Source: Ramazzottius varieornatus
Lineage: Eukaryota > Animalia > Tardigrada
Direction of reading: 5' to 3'
Length of the DNA stretch: 64,000 nt
Assembly (NCBI GenBank): GCA_001949185.1
Contig: BDGG01000001.1
Coordinates: forward strand, 3,241,324-3,305,323
Part shown: positions 12,922-25,700 of the stretch, piece by piece
How positions within the stretch are numbered: the first letter of the stretch is position 1
Layout of the letters: each line of letters starts with the position of its first letter
Notes under the pieces: model-generated
Told to the model about the DNA's origin: nothing
Database searches by the model: none
What the model saw: only the letters and a program-made list of their open reading frames with translations
Made by a program: the position numbers and the translations under genes

Positions 12922-15461
12922 AAAGCTGGAAAATAAATTCGAAAAATAAAGATAGTTGAAGTATTGAATGTTAAGGTCTGATGATCAAAAGGAATTTTCG
13001 TGCGGTAAATCGTTTCAATAATCGGTCCGGTTTGTTGAGCCCGGATCAGAAGTGAAAGAGCACGTTTCCTGCTTAGATCGTTTCCGCAAGTGAATTTTGG
13101 TTAAGTGTTGCCCATTTTTTAGAGCGGATGTATATGAGGCAAACAGTAGTTGTTTGGGAAATTTCGTGCTTGATACTGCTCAATTATTTTGGTTGGTTTG
13201 TTGGATGTTTTCATTGGACACGATGAAACTTAAACGTTGCTCAGTCGCCGAACCGAACCTCGTCACGCGTGAATTTAAGCGTGACGGATTAAGTGGATAC
13301 ATGATCATGGTTATAGGTCCCGCAGATCTTTATTCTGGTTGTGGCGCGCGGTCTTTGGGTACGAGGACGCTTAAGCAGCCTAGTTCCCTGAGCCATCTTA
13401 AGGCATCCATTGGTGAGAAGAAGAGAATGCTTCTTGAAGACACGGAACTATAGTAGTACCACAAGGACGTATGACCTGGCCTGGCGGATTTCCATCAAAG
13501 GTGACCGGAAGTGAAAACGATAAACATTCAAGGCTGCCTGATTACATCAGCCTAGAAATTTCCTTTCATGTCAGCGGGGATGTGTCTTAATCTGTCGGGA
13601 ACTACAGGGGAGGAACCTTTTCACCAAGCAGCTCAAAAGATGGCTCACTCTTGAGGATGCAGACCAAAAGCGACTAGCCCATCAGAATAGGATGTGTTTC
13701 GAAGATTGATTGGTTTCCTTGACTGGCGTAAAGTAAATATCAGACACTGAAAATATGGTCTGATTTACATTGATTCCGAGCAAGGATCTGGTCTTCCAGG
13801 TCTTCTGCCTGAATGGACTTGAACGTGCTGAAGTTTCAGGTTCAGCGATGACGTTATTCGCCTTATACGGAGCGTGTAATTATGTTGCCGTTTTTCTACC
13901 GGATGAGGTTTGGTCAGAGATAGCACAGTCCCAGGCATGAGTCCTGCGTAGCAAAAACGACGATTAAATCTAAGGGCTGGATCAAGCTTCTATTGATCTA
14001 TAATCTGCTTGTGGATAGATAGATCGATAGATGTATTGAGCCTCCACAATCTAGTCATCGGCCTCCTCGATGGTCGGAAACAGGGAATTCAACCGAGGAT
14101 AACTTCGGGAGATCGGAATTTGGAAACTACAGTTCGAGAGCGATAACGAGACAAACTCGAATGATTGAAACAGAACCAAATAGACTGATTGAACAAGGAA
14201 ATGAGGAATCCGTCTTTCTATCTTTGTCGGGATGTTCACTCGTCCGTGTCCCTGTCGGAGTGGCCTCGTTGTTCCCTGTTGGAGGTCCGAGATTTTTCTT
14301 GGGTCCTTTGGTGGTGTTGTCGGTTCCTTGGTGTTCTTCTTGAAGGTCCTTTGTGGGATATTGGTGTATTCCTCGGAATCTGTTGGTACCGACGGAGGCT
14401 TGATCCGAACGGCCTGATGGGATAACGGTACGACTATCATCGCAAGGCTAGCTTCCTCCCCTGTTTTCGACGCTACCCACGTTGTTGTTGTGCGTCACCA
14501 CCACGTCGATTTCCTCGGAGCCGTTACCACGTCCACCTCCACGGTGTCCCCACTACCGCCATGTCCGCCAGATCGGAGACCTGAAGAAGAGCCGGCTGGG
14601 TGGTTGTAGCGCCACGGGTAGGAGGTGGAGCAACTTGTTGGGTCGCGGCTATGGCTTGGTGGATCCCAGCCAATGTTGATTGAGCAGCTGTCATCCTTGG
14701 AGGATCAGCCACTCATCAGCCGGGAATCTCGGTTCAGTGAGAGTTCCCAGCAGAGGCATACCTACCGATGGAAACAGGGGATACCCAAAGGGTTGACCAA
14801 AGCGTGACTCTCGGGACACCCATATACAGTAGGAAACCCAGCGGTCAGCCCGGGTACTTGGTAGAGAGCGTACTTTCCGCTAAATCCCCCGAATATGTCA
14901 AAGGGGAAATTTATATCTGGAAAATATATTGATTACTCATTCGTCAGTTCATCTGTTCACTGTTTCGAGGTCGTGAGTGCGGAAAGAGCACAATAGCGCT
15001 CTGATGGGCAATGTTCAAACGTGCGTTGGAGAGAACAAGGTGACTCGAGACCTTATGGAGAACAGCGGGAGTACGCGCTAGCTTGCTGCTCGTGAGTTCC
15101 TTTGAGAAACGCCCATGTGCCTCGATCCAGTAGATAGCGGTGAGGACTCGACGGTCGCGAGGCGGTACTTCTCCACCCACTCCATATCAACCACAAATGG
15201 CGCTCCTGATACCCTTCTAGCCTCTGCGGGATCAGCTTTTTCCTATGTGAGCCAATGTGTATGCTATCTGCCCATTCACTGGGACTATATATAAGTGCGA
15301 TGAGTTTTCCGGTTCTCGTCAGTGAGCAATATGAATATAAACTACCTGATGATCTGATTCGCAAAACCAAACTGGCTCAGGTCTTCTGGCTTATCCCGAA
15401 CTTGAAAAGACCTGGTCTGCTGTTGCAGCATAACTGATTCCATCCGGCTTCTATTATCAGT

Positions 15462-18400
15462 ATGGACCAGAAACGCTTCCAGACGAAAGGGCGGTTGTTG
15501 ATCATTGGCAAAATTGACAATAAAATTATTATACCTGGCTTGTTCTTCTGCTTTTGTTGGATCTGGACTGCCTGTTCTACTCAAAATGTTAATATGACGT
15601 TGAATGTCTGCTCGGCCATCGAAGGAGGGAATACTCACCTAGTATATGATTACCGGCGAGCGGCGGCGGCCATTGAGATGGCCGTGGAGTATTGTAACCA
15701 AATTATCCTTCCACCTGGAATAAAGCTCAAGTTCCATTACAAGAATGGTGGTACCATTTGTGCGGCGAATAACCTGGCGGTCAAGAACGCTTTGGACTGG
15801 GTCAAGGAAGGTGTTGACTGTCATGTCTATATTGGTCCAGGTATCGGCTTGCATGTAGTATTCTTACCACATGTACATGTATACCATTAGTCTTTCTCGA
15901 CTTCTGTAAGTCGTTGACCTTCGGATTGTAACATTTTCCTGTTTGTTTGCTGGAAGTACTAGTATTATCTAATTGGATAATGGCTGGCTGGTGTAGGTTG
16001 TGACCGTGCGGTGGCGGACATGTATACAATCGCATCCTACCGAAATGTTCCCGTCATTGGAGTCCCAGCAGCCAACGTGGTCGGATCCACAAGACTTCTG
16101 AGAAGTCAATTACCGTTATTGATACGCCCTGCATATTCCTTCACGGATGTATGCAGGCTAATCATCACCTTTATGAACACTTTTCATTTCAATCACACCG
16201 CGGTACTCACCGACGAATCGGTAAGATTACTCCAATATGCGAAAGTACTTCGTGGTAATTTTATACAGTGTATATGTCCGCCCACTGCGGCGCGGTTGAT
16301 CGCAAATTTTCTCCTTCTTCTTCTCAAAGAACCCTTTTTACTACGAGTTCGGAGATATCCTCGAAGCCCAGTACCGGGCAGATCAAGAGCGGCTGTACAA
16401 CAACGCCAAGTTTTCTTACTTTCGGAGCGAAGAAATCACTGCGCTGCGTTATCGGGCAATCTTGCATGAAGCATCATTAAACGCCAGAGGTAAGAAGCAC
16501 AAGCTGTTGGATCATCATCGGAAGGATCATTTAACCTGGCTGAGACTCGAGTGATCTCTGTTTTTGCAGTGCTTGTCCTGTTCGCTAACGCTTCGATAGT
16601 TCGAACCCTTATGGTAATTACTGCTCCGTGACCAAGTGCCTCTATCCGCATAATAACAGCGTGGCAAAAACCTCATTGGATCTGCCCTGTATCTTCTGTA
16701 GCTTCATGCGAAGGACCTCGGGATGACGAACGGAGAATATGTAAGCTGCGCACGAAGCTTGCGCAAAATTGTGTTGGCGACAGTGTTGAATTTAGTTCCG
16801 TCCAAGACTGATAAAATATCATTTTTTAGTTCAGTTTCAGTTCTAGTGTCGGGATTAGATTGAATCAACAGTCTAGTCCCTCAGACTGGAACTACGAATA
16901 CAGAGATTGATTCGCCCGAAAAAAGACCTAAAATAGAGCGAGAAGGGACTGAAACTCCCATGTGAAGGCTAAAACTGATTTGAGGTGGACATCAGTTCCA
17001 GTGTGGGGACTGAAACTGAAATGCACGGGCTACCATTCCAGTCTCTGGGGCTAACGAGGGGAATCGCGGGAACACTTCTTCCGAATTCTCCCGTTTCCAT
17101 TTTCCCAAAGATGGAGGAGGATCTCGAGTGCCTTTATGAGGCGTCATGATCGGCGGAATACCGCTTCGTAAAGTCGAAAAATTTTCAGAATGTGTGGCAA
17201 CGAGTTTCGAAATTCTTTTGAGTTAAGATATCGTACTTCGCCGACGACGATGCTTCACGGTGGTACTTGGAGATATCCTTTATTTTTGGGAGAACAAGAG
17301 TCAGAGGATTCTGGGAGGGCCCTCGCGCACTTCCCTCGTCAGTCCCAGAGACTAAAATTGATATGCCAAACATTTCAGTTTCAGTCCACCAGACTGAGAC
17401 TACTGTCCTTCGCAAATCAGTTTCAGTCTCGGAACTAAAACTGATGTCTCTGAGAGATTTCATTATATCATCTTAAGACTCGTATAAAAGAGGCCCAATT
17501 CAGTCCAGTCAGACTGAACTGATTCTTCGAGGGTGAATTTCTAGCAGTCCGACGAGACTTGGGACTAAATGTGGGACTGAAACTGAATACAACACTGGCT
17601 GGAGAGGTCCTGGCTCTTCACTGTCCTTGAAGTTCCCGCTAAATCGATCAATATAAACTGATGAGAAGCAGTACAAAGCGCAGTTGTCTTTGGATAGTAA
17701 AATGGAGTCTTTCTCCCACAGGTATACATTGCGGTCGAATTATTCAGATCCAATTACTGGGGAGAATTCACGTGGCGATTTGACGATAGACACGATCGAG
17801 TATGCTTCAATGAGCTTCAAAACATGGAATAGACCTTTTTACGCAACTAAGTTCATTCGTTCGTTATGACGCGTGACAGATAAAGCAGTGGTTTTCAATA
17901 ACTTTCTACCCTTCAGGACGTACAACTAGCTTTTCGCTCGCTAGCCATAATTGCATTGTACGAACGGCACGAGCAATTTTTTGCCGAGTTCGCCAAGGAA
18001 GTACGTCAACGTTCACGAACCCAATATCAATATTTTTATGGAGCCTTCGAGGAGGTACGAAAACCAGTTTCCACTATGGTCAATTGAACCATAAGGAATG
18101 TCTCGTATCGTCCTCAGATTGATCCAATTGTCACGAGTTTCTACGACTCCTTCATTCTATACTCAACGGCAGTCAGGAAACTGGTTGAGAAAGGAGGAAG
18201 TCCCGAAAACATCACGGACGGTCTACAAATAGCTAACCAGATCAAGAACATGTCGCTGGACAGTCCACTAGGATATCCGATCAACATGGATCTTAATGGT
18301 GACAGAAGCCGGATATACTCAATCAAGGATCTCGATCTAGAAACCGGCAAATTCTCGGTAGAGTATAAGAGTTGCACAAGTCGGTCAAAAGTGGAGGCCG

Positions 18401-21400
18401 GAAACATCTTCGGGATGATCGCTGTCTCAAGTGGCGCAGTGTCCTTTGTTATTGGACAGAAATAAGCGCCACTTGAGGTAAAGAGCATCCCGAGATTCTA
18501 TGCCGGCATTCCGAACATATGCGGATCTAAATCTAATTTGCTGGCGTTAGGACGTTCTGCGGATTGACTACCACGAGCACCAAGAGATCTGGTTTGGGAG
18601 CTTCAAGTGGCCAGGACATGTAGGACTCCCGCCCGACGAGCCGCTGTGTGGGTTCGGCGGCGATGCTCGAGCCTGTAACATCAGTAGGTTTCTCCGTTCG
18701 ATTTACGAAGGCGCGCTGAGCCAGTTTGATTATCCATTAGTCATTACCCGTATGTGTTTAGGTAGCGCAATTGGACCAGCTGGACTAGCGGGTATCATCC
18801 TGGGTGTTTTGATAGTTATGCTAGCGATTGCCGGCACACTATTTAGTGGGTTCAACGCGTAAGTCTCGACATACAGTAGCTGGCATGCAAACGAATCGAT
18901 TTGAAATTAGGCCCTCGGCCTTTGTGGTGGTGCTGAAACAATCATGGTCGGTTCATTTAATTATTGTTGTAGGCGAAAAGCAATGTATGGCGTAGATCCT
19001 TACTGGTGGCGCGTAAGAACGGATGAACTGCAGATTTTGAGCAAGAAGGGACTCCACGCTGCTCGCTCAGGAGGCTCGTTGGTTTGTCCTCGACATGTTT
19101 CACAGTCAAGGTTTCTCCGTAACGCATAGTAAGTACCCTTTCTTTTTGCAGCAGGATAGTCGATCGGTGGTCACAATGGACACGGGGAACACTATGATGA
19201 GCAGTATAGGCAATCAACCGGACAATGTTACACTTGCCATGTACGACGGAAACCAAATTGCCTTAACAGTGCTTCCGTCAAAAGTCTTTAAAGCCACTCC
19301 CGGTTTGATCGCCGAACTCAATGAGGTGAGGGTTTTCGAGAACGACTAACAGCGGACTACGTTATGGCGTTTGGATTTACTGTTGCAGATCCGCACGTTG
19401 ACACATCCTAACCTTCACAGACTGATTGGCATCTGTCTGGACGAACAGAACTTTTGCGAGTTCCTCGCTCAGGAAGCATGCTTGAAGGGTTCGTTGGAAG
19501 ACGTCCTAGAGAACGAGACAATAAAGCTTGACTGGTCCTTCAAGTTTTCCCTCTTGAGGGACCTGACGGAAGTAAGTTCGTTAGTTTGATGACACAGCGT
19601 GGTTCGCTTTGAGGACCCAACATTTTCTGGATTAACTGCGGTTCAGCCAGCTCATGATGATTGATCCCAGGGTCACTTTTAGGGAATGCATTATCTGCAT
19701 GGGAGCGTGATAATCTCCCACGGGCTCTTGAGCGCGCGGAATTGTCTGGTTGATAACAGGTTTATGGTCAAAATAAGCAACTACGGTATCCGTACGTTTG
19801 TCCCATCGGTTGATTTCCAACCACTTGAAAAATCAGACGAAGGCAGAGACTTCAAACTGCTACTCTGGAGAGCTCCGGAACTCCTTCGACAAGTCATGCC
19901 TCCTAGAGGAACTCAAGTAAGTACCTGGACAAAATGGGACTTGATAAAATGGGGAACGTCCCAACCGGCTTCTTCTGCTGTAGAAAGGCGATGTTTACGG
20001 ATACGGCATAATTATCAGCCAGCTGATCCTCCGATGCGAACCGTTCGACACACAAGATTCTGACAATCGTGCGAGAGGGTACGGCGGTACAGACAAGGAG
20101 ATTCTTCTCGAGGTAGACAAAGGAAAAACGATCTCGGGTTATACCACGATAATGGAAGGAATGTTACACAGGTCAAACAAGGAAGTATTCCTCCCCTTCG
20201 GCCTCAAGTGCCTAGAGCGGCATGCTCACCCGAGCTGTATCAACTGATGGAGCGCTGCTGGTCCGAGTATCCTATAGAACGTCCTTCATTCGTGAAGATC
20301 ACGGAAATAGTTCGGAAGATTGCCGGAAAAGCCAGTAACAATATCATCGACCATCTACTAAGGAGGATGGAGCAGTACGCCAACTCGCTCGAAGAACAAG
20401 TCGCTCAAAAAACCGAACAGGTTAGGATATTAAATTACAGCACCTCCATACAACACCGTCCCTCGCCGTCATAAGAAGAAATCAACTTTTCCCGTGTTGT
20501 ATAGTTTATGGAAGAGAAACGTAGATCGGAGGAGCTGTTGAGTCAATTGCTGCCCAGGTAAGTCATCAAAGCTCTTTTTAAGTCTAGAGCCATATTTTAG
20601 ATTTTCTACGAGCTGACCATGATATTTATTTGCAGAAGTATCGCCGCGGCCTTGACGAAAGGTGAAAGTATTGGACCGGAATCCTTTGACAGCGTTACCA
20701 TCTACTTTAGTGACATTGTTGGATTCACGACAATATGTGCCAGCATAAGCCCCATGGGTGTCGTGAACCTGCTGAATAATCTTTACAGTGGGTTCTGGAC
20801 TTCAGTGTTATGTCAAGGTTTTGTCCTGCGTCTCTATCTATTCATTAACATGTCTTTCAGCACTATTCGACACGGTACTGGAACACTATGACGTTTATAA
20901 GGTCGAAACAATCGGCGATGCCTACATGGTATGTTGGTCCTCACGCTCGAGGGATTTCCGAGGGCCGTCGAGTATTGTCTTCCGCAGGTTGCTTCCGGAT
21001 TACCTATAAGGAATGGCAACCGTCACGCCAGCGAGATCGCACAAGTTTCCCTACATATCCGTAATGACATTGAAACGTTCGTGATTCCCAGTCTTCCCCA
21101 ACAGAAGCTTGCGGTCCGCATCGGACTCCACTCGGGCCCCGCCGTTGCCGGTGGTATGTTTTCCATCGTGCATTTAATTACCACCCGGAACTGAAATGAC
21201 TACTTAAGTATATGTGTATATTATGAAAAAAATAACCGTCCCTTTTCAACCGCGGTTTTTTCCCTAGTTGTGGGTCTGAAGATGCCGCGCTACTGTCTGT
21301 AAGTCAAGTTACAGTCTGAGGGGGCCAATTTCTCGCTCAGTCCTTCACAGTTTTGATACAACTTTCAAGCAGTTTCCAATGGGATGTGGTACAGTCGCGT

Positions 21401-22278
21401 CGGCTGAGAAATAGTGTGGAAAAGCTGGCCAGCGTGACTTCCGGTGGGAAGTCCTCTCTTTCTGACCGAAACGTCGTTTCTAAAATTCTGCGTTCCAGTA
21501 CCAAATTTTAGTTCCATCTTAGCGTACCTATAGCTATCCATACTGTCATCGGAAATGAGAGAATATCACAGAAACGCCAGGCTGAATCGAAAAATGAATT
21601 AACACTGTCGAATTTAACCGTTTCGCCGGGAAAACTGCTTTTGCGGTAAAAATTATAGCTCTTGTCCTGAGCGGCAAATCTATGCTATCAACCACTTTTC
21701 CTGCAGCCCATTGCTGTTCTAATCATGTTAAGCAAATTTACCGCAGGACCTCAGCGCAAAAGCCAAAAACAAATTTTGGAAGACGGCCCTGGAAACCGCA
21801 AAGATTTTCTCTGTGGACATTCACTAGTTTTTTGTCGATTTTGACTTCCTCTGATCGGATTCCTGGCCTGTAAATTTTCAGGAGGTAGTAAAGAGGATCT
21901 TCAACCGAGGACAATTAGTTTCGAAGTCCGGCAAAAACTCGGTCAAGATCGCCCTAATTGTATAGGTGGTAGTCACTTGGCCCCCTCAGGCTGTATGTAA
22001 CAGGGAGTGGATCCCGTACTTTACAACCAAAGGACCCTTAATCTTAACTGGTGCTTGACGTCTGCAATGAACTTTATTCTCACAGATTCGGGGACACCGT
22101 GAATACAGCCAGCAGGATGGAAAGCACCGGTGAAGCCATGAAAGTGCAAATATCGGACAAAACAAAAGAACTGTTAGACAAGGTTGGCGGCTTCCTTATT
22201 CGAGAGCGAGGAGTCATTGAAGTCAAAGGAAAGGGTTCTATGACGACTTTCTGGTTGATTGGTCGTGTACCAGAATAA
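15462..22278 (+). CDS. Receptor guanylyl cyclase (natriuretic peptide receptor/GC-A-like)
   Basis: About 22 exons: hydrophobic leader, ANF-receptor ectodomain (YIGPG-CD, LIRPAYS), TM helix near 18770-18855, kinase-homology domain ([22 protein letters not shown]), hinge and cyclase domain ([43 protein letters not shown]) with the GTP-specifying E and C residues. Confidence 0.93.
16781..17597. mobile_element. Non-autonomous hAT-like fold-back MITE in a guanylyl cyclase intron
   Basis: Termini CAGTGTTG...CAACACTG; flanking 8-mers GTTGGCGA/GCTGGAGA (6/8, degenerate TSD); repeated TTCAGTTTCAGT/ACTGAAACTGAA subterminal motifs; the arms are inverted copies around a centre near 17195. Confidence 0.75.
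21312..21993. mobile_element. Tc1/mariner-type MITE (TA TSD) in the last guanylyl cyclase intron
   Basis: TA|CAGTCTGAGGGGGCCAA ... TTGGCCCCCTCAGGCTG|TA: 17-bp TIR with one mismatch, 682 bp, no transposase ORF, internal hairpins. Confidence 0.8.
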
Positions 22279-22723
22279 TTATGACATTGAACGTCACAGC
22301 AGGTGCAGCCCGGCCACAGCCGACCTGTCCAAAATCGTCGGTAATACATTTGTTCTGCTCAGTCGTAATCTTCGATCAAATTTCATTCTACATTCCCACT
22401 TGAATCTTTTATTCATAGTCCTAGCCCCGGCCATCAATATTATACCGGTGAATCGGGTGAGAACAAGTATTGCTACTTAGCAAGATGAAAAACTGTACAC
22501 ATTTGGCATAATAAAAACGTCAGAAAACTACTTGACTGCCGAATACCGACGTATGAAAATTAATCTTAAAATCGTTAGGAACCGTACAATGCAAGAGAAA
22601 GAGCGCACTACAAAAGATTTCAACCTGAAAATTGTTCACCCGTTAATACTACGACAATCAAAGCTGCAACAAAATAAATAACAACACTTCCGTATCCTAA
22701 ACCACTCCATCCCTAAAACAGAC

Positions 22724-25700
22724 TCACGAACTGTGAGGTAAATCTTTCGCTTGGTTCATCAACTGAGCTTCCAACAGTCGTATCAACTGATGTTTGTCAT
22801 TAAGACTTCTCTTGAGCAAATCTTGATATCGCACTTCCGCCTGGATCAACTGTTCCATCAAGGCAGCTGAGCCGTCTTGCAGCTTGACCAGTCTCGCCGA
22901 AGCCGTCTCGTAATGAGCTATGCCCGAACTTCCTTGTGAAGTGGAAGTCTGCGAAGTGTACTCTCGTCTCTCTAACGTACTCTCATTTCCATCGAATGAG
23001 AAACCCATCTGCTGCAGGATGATCTGCACCGCTCGGCCGATCATGTCATCGAAAGCGAACATCCAATGAGGCTTAATACTACGTGTTCGTAACACATCTT
23101 GTATCTCTCGTTTTAGTAGGAAGAGGAACAACTGCAACTGTTTGAAGAGTCTACCGTGTTCGGCTTCCGGTGTGTTCTTCTTCAGTTCCTCCACGACGAT
23201 ACGGGCGGCTATCCGACCGAGGTCGCCTTCGCACTTCTCCACCGACTTCTCGATACCTTTGAGCAAGAGCTCACTGGCTTCGGCGTCAAGGAGTGACTGT
23301 CCGTCACGGTTGTTGTTCTCGAAAGTTTCTTGCATGCGTGCGACCAGGTGGCTTCTTTCGTCTTGGAGGATCTTCAGTAGAGTTGACTGAGCTTCGTCTT
23401 GCTTCCTGTTCCAGTAGTTCGTCCCCGCCGAGTCTGCGTCGGGGACTGGACTTCCGGGTGCTGGTGTCGTTGAAGGCGTACCCATACCTTTGTCCATCTG
23501 CCACAACATAAAACTAGTCTTCTTTTCTTTTGTTACATTTGATTTATTTGATTTTAACCCAAATGTTACCATCGATGCGTGAGCAGCAGTTCGAAGTTTC
23601 AGCGGCGGCCTGTCCGTCATATTCCCCTCATCCACAGAATCGGTTCCGGATTCCCTGGGTACTGACAAGCTTCTACCAAGACCATCGAGGGAAGCTGATA
23701 TGGAGTGTCGGTGTTTCTTTTTGTAAGTGTCTCTCAAGAACGGATGCTTCAGCAGGTCCGCTGCAGCCATTCGTTCCGCAGGCACGGCCTTGAACGTCTC
23801 CAAGATAAAGTTCTTGCAGACGTCGCTCAGTTCTTCTGGGATGGCCGGATGACTCTTTTCCCGGCCAACTTTGAACATGGCTACCATGGGAGACTGGACG
23901 TCGCTGAAAGGTGGCTTCCCCTGAAAACAAGAATTGACTTGAACGATAATAAGTGGATTTATGTCAAAATGATAAAAAATCCTTTTCTACGAAGAATTCT
24001 GATCTTCAGCATTTTCGGCGTACCTGCGCCATTTCAACAACCGTGCACCCGAAGGACCAAATGTCTGCAGGAGTGGCGTAACCTCGCTGGTTCTGGGCAT
24101 CGATAACTTCCGGTGCCATATACTGGAACGTTCCTTTGAATGAACTGGCATTGCTGTTTAGGCCTGACAGCCTTTTCGAAGTACCGAAATCCGATATCTT
24201 TAGAATACCATTGAAAGTGTTGACCAGAACGTTACCGCCCTTGATGTCTCGATGTACAATCTTCTGGTCATGGAGGTACTTGAGCCCTTCGAGAATCTGC
24301 CGACTATAGTAGGCGATGGTTGTCTCGTTGTTCTTCAACGGTCCCCAGCTTCTCAACAGAACTGACAAGCTGCCTCCGGGAACCTGCAAGAGCAATCAGA
24401 AAGGTTCGGCAAACAGTGCAAAAGTCTTGAAACTTCACAAGAAGGTAATCGAACAGCCTACACCATTCTTCAATCAACCTGCATACAGCAAACAGTGCAA
24501 TTACAGCCATTAACAAGTATGCAGGTCAATGATCACCCATCGCGCTGGATGCCTATCACGTTCAACCACCTGCATCCAGGGACCCAAGCATCTGATGCGG
24601 CAGGACCATACTAGGCAGGGAAGTGGGTGACTGGTCGAAAATCCGTTAAGCTTGTTTGCGGACTTGGAGGATGCGTTACCTGTTCCATGAAGATCTTGAA
24701 GAATCCATTTTCATAGACCGATCCATGCAGCTGCACGATGTTCTTGTGGTTCAGTTTCGAGTGGAGCTTGATCTCGTCATGTAGGGGCTGCACAGCGTCG
24801 TCGTTAGACACCTTAATCTCTTTGACGGCCATCTTGACCTGAGTATTCGAGTTGTGAGCGGCGTACACCCTCCCGAAAGTGCCGCTACCCAGCAGTATCC
24901 GCTGTCCCTTCTCATCCACCTCATAATCGTACTCTATAGACGCCTCTTCCTCGTCCAAGTCGACAAAGTCTTCGGCGGAAGTTAGGAAGGCCTTACACAG
25001 CTGGTTAAACCTGTCTCGCTGACTTCCACAGGAGAAGTACAGTTGTAGAGCTTCAGACACGTTGTAGGCAACGTAAAGAAAAATGCAGCGTTCGTCTTGC
25101 TTGTTCAGCGCAGCTCCTTTGACGTGTTCCTAGTACCATAACAGAGTGTAACGGAAGATCCGACGTAATATGGGGAGCTCGGCAAAAAGCTCGACCAAAT
25201 CGTTTTATCAAGCGGCGCACAATTCTTTTCTTGCCGAGCTTCTCAAATGCAGTTTACTAGCTACCTGTTTGAATAGGACTTCCACGCCGTCTTCCGCGTT
25301 CGACACTTGCCATATCTTGATCGACCGTTCGCCGGCGGCATCTTCATCTACGTTGACCGTGACGTAATGCGGAAGAAGTCGACGTTTGGATACCGTGTCT
25401 TCGAGGACGAGGACAGGAAAGTGGACTGCGGTAGGGTGAGGAGCTGACAGAGCGTCGTTAAAGAGCTCCAGCCAGAACTGATAGAGCTCCTCGTCGTCAT
25501 CCATTACGATAGAAGAGTCGAGCGACTCGGCACCATCTTTGTCGTTCTGTTCCATCTATAATCAATAGTACGCTTTCACACATGTTGGTGGAACTTGTAC
25601 AAGAATCATAAACGGAAAGTCGGCAAACAAACCCGACAAGGTTGTTTTCCCAAGTGGCGCACGTTTCCGGCCAACAACAGTGGAACGTGCGCCACTTGTA

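Noticed and set aside
24518-24612. Hairpin (CTGGATGC/GCATCCAG) in an ASK kinase intron, considered as a snoRNA or pre-miRNA
   Set aside because: No C/D or H/ACA boxes on the host strand, and the stem is too short and interrupted.
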